A DNA stretch of 51,618 nt, filler included, from Sphacelaria rigidula (Eukaryota), in assembly GCA_964200075.2 (NCBI GenBank). It is 4 parts of 4 records of this genome, joined end to end, with 100 filler letters (N's around TTAATTAATTAA, not from the genome) between each part and the next. Parts side by side here need not be neighbours in the genome. Positions count along the whole stretch, not along the records: positions 1 to 12,832 come from CAXNAA020003380.1; 3 more parts are not named here. One strand, written 5' to 3'. Shown here one piece after another: positions 1-11,158 of this stretch. Below the pieces are notes generated by a model that was not told where the DNA came from, searched no databases, and worked only from the letters and a program-made list of their open reading frames with translations. Each line of letters opens with the position of its first letter. The first letter of the stretch is position 1. Both the position numbers and the translations under genes were made by a program.

Positions 1-24
1 CCCCCCTTTTCTGTACTCCCCCCC

Positions 25-56
<32 letters not shown>

Positions 57-77
57 AGTATATACCCCCCCCCCACG

Positions 78-170
78 AGGTGTCTCTATTAGGAGTAGGA
101 ACGGTGCTCCGTCTCGAAAAGGATGTGTTGTCAATGGCCAAACGGCTAAGGCAAGCAACACATGAGAACG
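78..170 (+). repeat. Short (~100 bp) dispersed repeat, family X, copy 1
   Basis: Core GTGCTCCGTCTCGAAA(A/G)GGATG..GTCAATGG..ACG.CTAAGGCAAGCAACA.ATGAG recurs at 20627-20695 (-), 30841-30945, 33539-33640, 33656-33757 and 36787-36853. This copy follows a long C-homopolymer. Confidence 0.85.
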
Positions 171-1263
171 CCCCCCACGAGTATCCCCACGCTCCCCCCC
201 TACGAGTATCGTCGGATGATTCTTTCATGGTTCGACCACGGGTCTGAACGGGAGTTTTACCTAAATAGTTACGAACAAAATAGAATTAGTGTATTTGTAC
301 CATTTTCGCTCCATCTTAAGAAGGAAATTTATGCCAGATGCCGTCGTGATGGGCAATAGCTCATGTAGTACATATGTTTCTCATATTCAGGGCTTTTATT
401 CAAGCTATAGATCGTTGGTGAAATCCTGGTATATCAAGAGATATGTCCCCATATTATCAGCACCAAATCACAGCTGTTTAGATTTTTTGCTGTTCGAAAG
501 ACAGAAAATGACCAGACTTTGACGTAATTTAATTCAATGCATTTTAATTAATTCAATGGAGAGGTTACCCTAGGGGTGTGGAGCCAATAGGTAGACCTTT
601 TATTCGACATTCCGAAACGCAAAGGGAAATATGTCGGTGATTTGCTTGGGGCCGTGCTGCATTCCAATATCGGCTTTGATCCCCTTCCTCCTGCTGCTTA
701 TCAAGCCCTTCCTCAACATTTTGCAGAAAACGCCTTTCGGTGAGACAACATAAGAAAATTCCAACTGTCGTGTTGGTGGAGAAATTGAATTTCCGACGAC
801 GGTTGCAGCACAGACCGTACCGTCCGCATAGCGGTAAGCGAAGCGGTCAGGGTCATGGACCAGATCAGCCACCGTTGCATTTTTCCAAGCTTGTGTGGGG
901 AAAAGTATGTAGATGTACTCTACGCAGCTACTACATTACCCCAGCAACCCGACTCGTCGTAGTGGTGCTGTTTCACCGATCGTCAGACTGGACTTGAGCG
1001 GAGGAATGCTGTAGATGACGGTGTATAACACCCCCTAATGGGTGAAGGTTTTGTTTTCGCCGTGATTTTTTCGAAGAGCAAGACACTATGTTTACACTAT
1101 GTCCACTTCCGCGAGATTCCAATGAGATGGCTCAGTGATATAACGTGCTATCGTTGCCCTTGCAATTTTCATAAAACAATCTAGATTGAACATTGGGTGT
1201 TGATTTTTTCCTTGACTGGCCAGTGGTGTTTTTGACCGTCATATACAACTTGTGATGTAATCC

Positions 1264-1616
1264 GGTCGCCCCGGTGGATCAGTTGGTAACCTCGAAACCT
1301 TCTGACGGTTGGGCCGTCGGTTCGAATCTCGGAGCGATCTGGGATTTTTTCTCATGCCCAGTAGTGGAGAGCGATTATGTCGTGGGTACACAAAATTCTA
1401 CTTAACGGTCGAAGAGGGAAAGAGACAGTCGAACCCCTCTTGCGTCAAAGAAGAAAGGCAAGCACCGCAGAAGGAAGGTGGAGTACTAAAAACAAATAAA
1501 AAAAAAGGCTCTTCTGTTGACCTTCCTCCTGTGTGATCCCGGCTGGCGTGCCCACACATACCGAAACGTGTAGATCGGCGTCCAGAATAGATGGGATGAC
1601 ACTACACAACACACAC
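1264..1616 (+). mobile_element. tRNA-derived SINE, family A, copy 1
   Basis: Pol III A box TGGATCAGTTGG (1275-1286) and B box GGTTCGAATCT (1319-1329), followed by a ~290 bp body ending in a CA-rich tail. A full-length diverged copy lies on the minus strand at 22683-23033. Confidence 0.8.
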
Positions 1617-1738
1617 TGTACAGTTGTTCTGCAGTCTGAAAAACTGTTTGTGTCCGGCGGCCGACGTGAGACGATAGTGCTTGGTGATCCCTCGCCACCC
1701 ACTGCAAAACATTTCATATTCCTTTGAAAACAAAATCT

Positions 1739-3383
1739 CATGGTTCTGACGAATAAAATCGCGATTCGACTCATCTTCACCCTTTGGACGAATCAATCGT
1801 ACGATTCGTACACAAGATGTTATTTATACATGTTTTGGGTTTGTGATTCGTACGACATCACTTCTAGGGTACATGTTCCCAGTTCGTGATTCGTGCGGTA
1901 TGTCGTCGAAGATGCACGTTTCCTAACATCCATTCGTATGGCGTGAATCATTGGTATATCATTCCCAATTTCCATTCATTCAGCATGAATCTTGGGCACA
2001 CGTTCTCCACCTTCCATTCATACTAGGTGAATCAAGCGCACACAATTCTCGGTTTTCGTTGATGCAGCATGAAGAATACGTACATGCTCCCCACCTTTCA
2101 TCATACGAGGCGAATCAAGCGTAAATGTTTGCCAATTTTCATTGATGCGACATGAATCATACGCACATGTTCACTACCTTCCAAACATTCAAGATGGATC
2201 AAGTGTATCTGTATTCCACGTTTCATTTATGCAGCGCGATTCATGCACGAGTTGTCTTCGCATGCTCGCGGGAGTTTTCGGGAGAACTCCGGCAGCGTAT
2301 TCTGCAGTCTGCGGGCAGTACGGTACAGCATGGCAGAGCACGCATCTGCGCGCCTAGAGTGATTCTTCTAGCTCTCTATGATCCTATGATTCATACAGCA
2401 TGAATCACGTGATTCATAGAGCTCGGAAATGGTTCGTCTAGCCATTACCCAGTTGAATGGTTACGCGTAGCGCACTCATCAACCAGTCAATTGGTACATA
2501 ATGGTTTGGTCATCGAGCGGCGCAACCGCGAGCCAAGAAGCCCCCCCCCCCCGGTAGAGGGGACCCCGCCGTGCAGGAGGCATGTTTTTACACGATTTGG
2601 CTTCACGAGAGCTAAAAAAATACGTTCAATCTGGGCCAATTTTGAAGGACTGTAAGTAGAATACGTAGCCGGCAACGGCTGATAAAGCCGGTAACGGTAA
2701 AAATGGTTTTAAACTATTATCCAAAATTTTCATACAACCATTACCATTATTACCATTATCATGGCAATGGCCATTTATAACTGGTACCATTTCCGAGCTC
2801 TAGTGATTCATGTACATGTATTCCACCTTGCGTTCGTGAACATGAATCATAGATACATGTTTTCCCCCTTCCATTCATACAAGGAAAATCGAGCGTACAC
2901 GTATCTCCCCTTTCGTCCATGCAGTATGAATCATGGGCACGCGTTCTGCACCTTTCATTCGTAAAAGGTGAATCACAACGTACAAGCTTCCCAATTCTGT
3001 TCATGCAGCATGAATCATACGTACATGTTCTCCGCCTTCCATCCATACGAGGTGAATGAAGCGATCACGGTTCCGAATCTCCGTTCATGCAGCGTGAATC
3101 GTACGTATATGTTCCCCGTCTTCCATTCATACGAGATTAATCAAGTGTACATATTCCCCACCCAAGATTCATATAGAAAGTGTCATTCGTATGTATTTTG
3201 CACTCTCGATTCGTCTGATACTGCTTGGAGTGTACACATGCCCAGTCCGTCATTCGTGCGGTATGGCCTTGAACATACAACTTTACTATCCGTTTTTCAT
3301 ACCGAATGACTATTTGGTACATGATTCGCATTCAACACTCATGGGGACTCAACCCGTATGAACTCTGATTCGTCCGAACCGTG
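1739..3383. mobile_element. Non-autonomous hAT-type DNA transposon filled with ~39/78 bp tandem subrepeats
   Basis: TIRs CATGGTTCTGACGAAT (1739-1754) and ATTCGTCCGAACCGTG (3368-3383), with a perfect 8 bp TSD CAAAATCT (1731-1738, 3384-3391). The interior is degenerate tandem units such as GCAGCATGAATCATACGTACATGTTCTCCGCCTTCCATCCATACGAGGTGAAT. No transposase ORF. Confidence 0.85.
2417..2802. mobile_element. hAT-type MITE (386 bp) nested inside the 1739-3383 element
   Basis: Perfect 17 bp TIRs TAGAGCTCGGAAATGGT / ACCATTTCCGAGCTCTA and a perfect 8 bp TSD GTGATTCA (2409-2416, 2803-2810). Confidence 0.92.
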
Positions 3384-4385
3384 CAAAATCTTTCAGCTCC
3401 GAAGATGCAGGCTACTTCGAAGCCGCTGAGGGCTACAGCACTCTACAGTGAAACCATGGCCCAACACGATATGCGGTGTGGATCAGTTTCTCTACCAACG
3501 AACGCATCAAGCAAGACGATAGCATGGATGCCAATTCGCTGGTCCCATATGAGCGGTGACAACGAGACTTCGAAACTCGTATGTGCCAACACTAGTGCGG
3601 AAGGTCAAAGCAAAAAATGTCGTTACGAACGGCGCGCTGTACGCCTGAAGTGTATCACCAATACCTTCCAACGACTGAGAAGGGTGTGAGCGGTTGGTTT
3701 TCTGGGAGTGTTGGGCAGCGTTGTGGTAGTTGCTCTTGTACACAATTCCAGCAGGAAGCGAATATCGACGTTCACGCTCAAATCAAGCAGTAACATTCCG
3801 GGAAAGTTCGTATCAACCAAGTAGCACTATGAACTGTACTGTCCAGGGGGCGAGTTATCCTGACCCGCCTCCAAATTACCCTGCGTAAGTAACGGTCGTT
3901 CGCAATCCGTAGTGGCTGAGTGAGGTTTACGAGGACAGAACGCACTCCTCGTTGATGGATTTGACTGGTTGTCGCACTTGTACGATCCCGCGGAGATTCG
4001 CCCGTGGTCACATGATGGACGTACCCGACATAAAAACAGAATAAAACAACTCGCTCAAGAAGAGTGAAGAAAACAGAAAGGTGAAACAGACAGGGTAGAC
4101 TACGAGGAGAAATAAGGAGAAACAGGACGAAAAATTACAGAACAAAACGAATGCTACCATAACATCTAGAAATGGGCCACGTCTGCCCCATGGCTTCGGT
4201 GAAAAGATCTTGTGCTAAAACCAAACTCCCACCCATTCGTAAAAAACAAGAAGCCGTGCGAACAGATTGCGGCTCATCTAAATCAACCTCACTATATGGG
4301 GTATGAAAGCTGTCATCCATGAACCCTACGAGGGCGAGGTACCAAACTGCTACTTGCATACACCGGGAGGAAAGAACACACAATC

Positions 4386-4409
4386 AGAGAGAGAGAGAGA
4401 GAGAGAGAG
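4386..4409 (+). repeat. (AG)n microsatellite
   Basis: About 12 uninterrupted AG units. Confidence 0.9.
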
Positions 4410-5400
4410 GTAGGGGGAATAGGAAAGATGAGGGGAAAATAATACGGAAGTAATGACACCCAAAGGGCGCAATAGTGCAGGTATGAACATACAACAGGGA
4501 GCGCCGCAGAACCACAGACCAAGGACAGAATCAACAACCGATGGGGAAAGACAGCGGTACCTCAGTTCCCGTGTAAGCCCATTTCCTCGTGTCTCTGCGA
4601 AACTCGATTCAGGTACTTTGTGCAGCACATTCTAGTGCGGTTCAAAAACTAGTGAGCGGAAACTGAGGACTTCCATGATTCATCTTTGCGTCACACTTGT
4701 TTGGTGTCCTGTGTCGGTCACTTGGTTTTCATAACGAACGGAGCGCACGACTTGGAAGTCGAGGCAACCAAAACAACCACATCCGCCCGTTCATCAGACA
4801 ACACAGTGGTGCATTGCGGTAGTTGTTTAGCACCCTTCGACCTCGAGCTTGTGAATCAGGCAACGTGAATCGCGTCCTGTGAGCACCATCCAATGCAGTC
4901 AGTACAACACTGTACAGTCTGCCCATGAAACGTGTCTGTTGCATGTCAATCTGGTCGGGAATACAACGGGTCACATCGGCATGATTTGGCCAAATTTTGA
5001 ACCTTCGTCGATGATGTCACGTTGAGGCGAGAAATTGTTTTACCCTCGTTGGCTGGCCCCTTGCGCCGAATAAGGGAGAAACGGGAGCAAACAGTTGATT
5101 GCTGTATAGAAGGGGGGGGGGATATCAACCTCTGCTGTTGGTTGGATTTTTATAGAAAACTGAAAACTGCCCCGAACCGTACATCAAGTCTTGGTCCAAC
5201 ATCTGTAGCTATTTGCTGGAGATATCACACCTATAATGGTCACATCGGTAGCCCTGGACGTACCTGTTTCATGTGCGAATGTGATGGGTTTATTGCAAGC
5301 TACATAGTACAGGCTGGGCCACCCAAGACGCGAACTGAAATGTGAACACGCGATTATGCTGCTTCATTTTGAGCCGTTTTCTATGAAATTTTGACACGAT

Positions 5401-5578
5401 GTACAGGACGTATATGCGAAGACCCCATCATCTGTTCCCTACATTTTTTTTTTTTTTCAGTGAGTTATTCACGATGTAGTTCCGAAAAGGTGTTCTGAAA
5501 TGTTTAGTCGCCGATAACTCACGGATGGGAAAAAATGTAGGGGAGAGATGATGGGGTCTTCGCACATACATCCTGTAC
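5401..5578. repeat. Long inverted repeat / fold-back (MITE-like)
   Basis: The arm GTACAGGACGTATATGCGAAGACCCCATCATCTGTTCCCTACATTTTTT (5401-5450) is nearly the reverse complement of 5530-5578. The inner segments TCAGTGAGTTAT / ATAACTCACGGA also pair. Confidence 0.8.
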
Positions 5579-6446
5579 GACTAAGAATTGAGCAGCATTA
5601 TCGTGTGTTCGTGTTGAAGACCATTTCCTGCCTGGAGATGGGCCAGCCACGAAAAAATGAAACGCGGTTATGCTGTTCAATATCAAGTATTTTTCGACGA
5701 AATTTTTGTCACGATGTGTATGAGATATACCGTGAAGACCCTATTGTGCCCCTTGACGGGTTTTTTCGATGAGCTGTCGACGCTTTTGTACCGGTAAAAT
5801 TGTTCCGAAATTTCGATCGTCAATATTTCACGAGGAAAAAAAAATGAGAACAGGTTGACTTGCTTATAGACTACAACAACCTCAGCCGGAACGTTGACGT
5901 TCTCTACAAACTTTCTTCACCCACTGCTCATCGGTTCGCAGTCTACTACCAGACGCCTTGTCGCGCTGCAAGTCTCGTCTGCGCGCCATCTCAGCGCACC
6001 TACAGTAAGATATGCATTGTTGTACAACCACAACGTGTGCAGTACCACCACTTTGCGACCGCGACACAACGGACTGTAACCGAAAATGCGATTTCAGCCG
6101 TTTTTTCCCTAATTCCGCCGCACATGTCGCCCTCAACTCTCTGCACTTCACAGCTGACTACAGTTTGGTATTTCGTTTGATGTGAACTTGTCGGATCGCA
6201 GTGCTACGTGACGTGAAAGACGCGCGTTGATTTGCAGATCACCACGATGTGTCGTAGTAGGCACAACTCGCGATGCATCGCCAGTTAGAATCGACTGAAG
6301 GAAAGTCCGCTTCTTGGGCGGCCCAGCCTGTAATGGAATAGGCTGTATTATGAGGCAACGTCACTACGTGGACCCAAAAACTCGGTCCAGTAGCTGACGG
6401 CCACTCTCGTAACGTGTACCGCGTGCTGTTTTTTCCACGTCTCCAG

Positions 6447-8192
6447 CAAGATTTCTACCACTTCAAGTAGACCCCAGAAGCAAGACTGGCGGAAACAGGC
6501 CAGCAGGAGCAGCAACAAGCAGCTGCTGCTCAGATGCAGGATGCAAGGATGGCGTGTCCGCGAGGAATGATGACGTCACGACCGTAGCTTCCCTGCAGCA
6601 GTGGGAGGATTTGAAGCGGTAAGGGAGGTCGCTGAATTGTACCGCACTTTACCCACGTCTGTTCGACAAACCTTCCACCATGTACAGCGCTACTGGTGTC
6701 CCCGTGGTGGTATGTTGTTTTGACTGGCGTGTATTTCTGGAACATGACATTGGAACTGCTGCTGTCGTGGCAAAGACCCTGAACTACCCGTATACAAGTA
6801 CTCGTGGCACAGACAGGTTGACAATTGTGCACTTTTGCACATGAATCGCGCCTGGCGTGTGCGAGGCTGCACAAGGAGGTTTGACGTCAGTGCCCATCCA
6901 CTGCCTAAGTGTTTATCTTGTTGGTTGACAGCTACGAAACCGTCACTGCGCTGAAATTGGTACTCCAGCGCTACGCAAAGGCGAGCGACAGTAGTTCCTG
7001 TTGGGTATTCACGCAGTACGCGGCACAACAGCCCTCTCACGTAAAGATACCCCGCGAGGTCATCGTTTACTTGTTGGTGTCGTCGGGGTGAGCTGCGGTA
7101 GAAGAATAAATACGGCACCAACGCAGACTCTGGATACCCCTCGCCATGGCGTGAAACCACTGCGGAGGATTCACCCACGGGGGGACACAAACCGATACAC
7201 ACTGTCCTTGATATCACGGGTTAACATCGTACCTGTACCTTTACTGGAGCATGAGGTGCTGCGTGAAATGCTTGTGTGCGCGCGCCGCTCATGCTGATCA
7301 TTGATGCGTCTGGTCATGTTCTCACTCTGCGTGTCCGGATTCTCTCTTGCGCGCCAAAATAGGGAGCCACTCGTCATCACGGACTTTACAGCGAGCTGGT
7401 GCAAGCCATGCCAAAAAATGACACCGGTATTTGAAGGTCTAGCCAAAGAATACAAGGGGTCGGCGGTGTTTTGCAAAGTGGACATCAATGATCTACCAGA
7501 CGTGTATGACGGCCTCAGCATCCCAGCATTTCACGTGAGGCAGTTGTGGTAACTTCTTTTCAGGATCGAAGTTGACCTTTAACGGTGGTGTGGCAAGTAC
7601 TAGTTTAACTGTCATCCTGGTCGCACCATCTTCACCTTTTTTGTTGCGTTGGCAAGGAGGATCGCTTTGTACTGTTGACCGTGTCCGCACGCGTTGCCTC
7701 GCCCAAAGTGTTTTCTTGAGACAAATGGGTGCTGCTCTAGTGATATGGGCGTTTTCTCCGCCAATATTTTTAATTAACCTGCATCCAAGTACAGTACATG
7801 TTTCATTTTGTGCCGACGAACGAATTTCAAGAGGGGAGGAATTGTGGTATACACGGTAGAGTAATCCCCCAAGAGTGACTCTGGTTCGGTAAGAGTGAAA
7901 AGCAGGAAATGATTCCCCTCGTGAACATCCGTATCTCTCCTCTCACCACTCCAGGATGTGCGACATGGGTTCTGAAGTATGAATCCAGGGGCTATGCTTC
8001 AACAGTGTTCCATGTAGTCGCGTGTGCACTCAACCCTCCTCTTGCCGCACCCATGTCATGTGTCACCTCGCTCCCCTGCTTCGCGCAATGTCGCAGATAT
8101 TCAAGGGCGGCGAGAAGGTGGACTCTTCAACGGGATCGAACGAGGAACGCCTGCAGAAAATGGTCGCACAACACTGCAAAAAGACCAACTAA
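6447..8192 (+). CDS. Thioredoxin (WCKPC active site), spliced; first exon and start codon not identified
   Basis: Phase-compatible GT-AG exons 6447-6618, 7363-7534 and 8097-8192 give ...SSCCSDAGCKDGVSARNDDVTTVASLQQWEDLKR-EPLVITDFTASWCKPCQKMTPVFEGLAKEYKGSAVFCKVDINDLPDVYDGLSIPAFH-IFKGGEKVDSSTGSNEERLQKMVAQHCKKTN*. This has the thioredoxin fold features: DFxAxWCxPC, cis-Pro IP and the FKGG turn. Confidence 0.92.
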
Positions 8193-11158
8193 TGTAGTTG
8201 CTGTTCGCTCTGTTGCCGAAATGCCCATCACACGTTGGTGGGCGGCGGGGGGGAAGGGGGGGGGGAGTGAACAATTTTGCGTCAAAAATTGTTATCAGGC
8301 ACCAAAATAATAAACGAATAATCTGTGTGTGGAACACGAGCTTTATCGCATGGGCCATACTGTGAGGTCAACCACCACGTTCACCAGAAAACGATGCTGT
8401 AGACCCTGCTTTTTTCCACTACCCTTGTACCTACCTTTTGTCTATCCTGCAATACCCCTTATTATGTTGTGAGAGGAGGACAGGCAGGGCCGTTGGGACT
8501 CCGTTTCTTGCTCGGGTTGGGCTCCCGGCGACGACTTCGTAATGCGAGAGTCTACAATCGCGTGGTGCTTCGTTTCACGACTCTGGTACCTACCATCACT
8601 TATCCTGTAATTTCCTTGCCATCTCCTAAGGAGAGGGCAGGGTCATTGAGACTACAAGTCTTGCCCAGGTTGGCCATCTACAGTAGGCGACGACTTCGCA
8701 ATCGATGTAGGGATGTAAAGCATTTGTTGAAGGAAAACGGTGCTGTCGAGGGGGAATGTGGGGAGAATACCGAACGACCAAGTTAAGTATACAGTGTGTC
8801 ATCAGCGTGCACCTCAGGGTGAGGAGCATGATGAATAGGAGATATTGCAGTGTCTAATGACTGTACATGTTTCCTACCCACGTCATCACAAGTTCGAAAC
8901 GAATCGGAACAGCACGGGCGGCCACTGGTTCATCCACTATATATCGACCCGTAATGCACTAGGATGGCCGGATGTCACGTGGAAGTTTACCGATGTCGAT
9001 GTAATGTACCGTCCACGACCCTTGCAGTGGAACTCACGCACTTATGATTGCAGGCGGGTTGCCGAGGTGGATTTGGGGATCTCACAATCTGCCGGGTTGA
9101 TATTGGGTTGCTTATGGCCATCTGGTGCTCAATAACCTTCCCAGTGTACCACCAGTGAACTGCAGAGCATTCATGGTATTTTTATTTATTTATGCAAAGT
9201 ACGCACGATTTTCTCTTGTATACAGTACGTAGCAGCAGCGGCGGCCGAACGCGTTTGATGTGAAATGTTTCATGCCAAATCACACGAGCGCAATCTTGAA
9301 GTAACATGTACACGTATTTATATTATTCTCGTATATAGCGACAAGAAAGAAATCGCCGTACCAGTGCGCAGCCTCAGTCTCTTTCCCCCTAACGACGAAT
9401 GCATATCACTGAGGCACAGCTTGCTCACCGGGACACGAACCAGCAGGCTTGCTTTTTTTTTATGCGCCTGTGCAGTAGCTGTAGTATACCATACCCTTTC
9501 TAGGACAAGAACAGGGTAGCCGAGGGGTGGTTCATCTCACAGACCCACAGTACGAAGTACAGTAGCATCCTGATCTCCCTCCTCCTGTACATGGTTTGTG
9601 TTCCCAGTGTGTACTTGAGTCAGTGAACCGGAAGTCAGCACGCTGCTTGCACCCTTCTCCATACAATCAATTGACGTCGCAGCCTCCGACCGCATGTCAA
9701 GAGAAAGCGTGAAATTGACCGTGACAAGTGGCCGAGTGTCCACTTTGACCCGACGTACTGTGTACTCGCGTATCGATTTCTCAATTCCAAAGTTGCCAGT
9801 CCATCCTCGTGAGCATCGACATACACTATACACTATTATATATGGCTGACACTCTAGATCTGATATACGTATCTCAATTCCTCCGAGTCCAAGTCTTCTG
9901 CCGGTCATCTCTCGTACGCATCTACAACATACACGGCTGTGGTGAACGCAACTGCCCTACTTATGGTGAAGTTACGACACGCCCCACCAAACAACAGCAT
10001 TAGCGAACATACCACCCCCCCCTCCTTCCACACACGCCCAATAGCATGCGTAGTGGCTCCCACTTCTAGTTCCCCCGCTATGCGCCCTCCCACTACCCAA
10101 TCTCATCTTCCACGTATGCTTCATGGTACTGTCATAGCCCATTTATCACTCTCTCTACAAACCTGCTGAGACACTCGACTGATCTTTCTTCTTATTCCAT
10201 TCTTTATCTGCACTGGTTTACCCTCCCTATATATAATTTTTATTTGCAACAAAAATACTCGCTTCAAAAATATCGTTGGTCGGCCCGTCTGCGTGTTTCC
10301 CTTCCAAACTATTTGCAACAGCAAACAAAAACAAGAAAAGCGAACAAAACAGCTACTCCTTTCGCCGTCACATGGGGTGAATTCGCTCACCTCACGGCGC
10401 GCAACAAAATCAAGGGTGCTACAAAAACTTTCCTTTCAAAACGTCCCAAAATCGTACGGAGATCACAACAAGTATGATCAGGACCAAAGGCACGAAGATG
10501 CCCTGAATTGTTCGAACTGCTTCCATCTCAAAACGGGAGTGTTTAGCGTAAAATTCTGCGACACTACGGTACACTCCTAGCGTCGCAACCGCATCCCGTA
10601 CCCCCAGTCCTGTGGAAAACATAAAACCGTATTTGTTTTGCCAGGAGCAAACAAGTGCAACCCCCCAACACCCTACACGCATATAAATACCGATGCCTGT
10701 CGACTTCTTCGTTCGATTCTGTCAGCACGAATTTACGTACACTTGTCCTTGTACTTGTAGTAAATGCATAGGTTTCTCTGCGCACATCTTAAACCCCATA
10801 AATTTTGTTCTCGCCCCCCTTCCCGCGCATCGACTTTCTGTTCATCCACCGACACGGTGAGCAACCTTGCGCCATAAGGTCCTCGCGCATATCGTTCAAC
10901 ATGTAGCCCCCGGCCGAAAAAAACTGGTGATATCATCGCAGCTTCCTGAGGCAACTCAGACAGAACCGTTCTCTATCCATGTCGTAGCTGGGTGGCACGA
11001 CATTCGACCCTACGCTCGTTCACCAACCCTACGCCACATGCTTGTTGGTCCACATCTTAGCCGTGTGAAAACGCTCAAGCACCCATCTTGTATGGTCATG
11101 TTATCATCGCCGACAAAGTGACATATGTGTCACTGGCGTCTCTTTCAACCGCGTGCCG

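Noticed and set aside
600-890. Minus-strand 90 aa ORF or possible exon (WKNATVADLVHDPDRFAYRYADG)
   Set aside because: No recognisable domain, and no consistent multi-exon model could be built.
1264-1335. Functional tRNA genes at the SINE heads (also 22960-23033, 25384-25455, 28408-28480)
   Set aside because: No intact cloverleaf, and each head continues into a shared ~300 bp body, which is the SINE pattern.
3979-4693. Possible solo LTR (TG...CA flanked by CACT)
   Set aside because: A 4 bp match with weak terminal inversion is expected by chance, and there is no second copy in the window.
8748-8890. PPT-like GAGGGGGAA followed by TGTGGGG, a possible LTR start
   Set aside because: No matching second LTR, PBS or retroelement coding sequence nearby.
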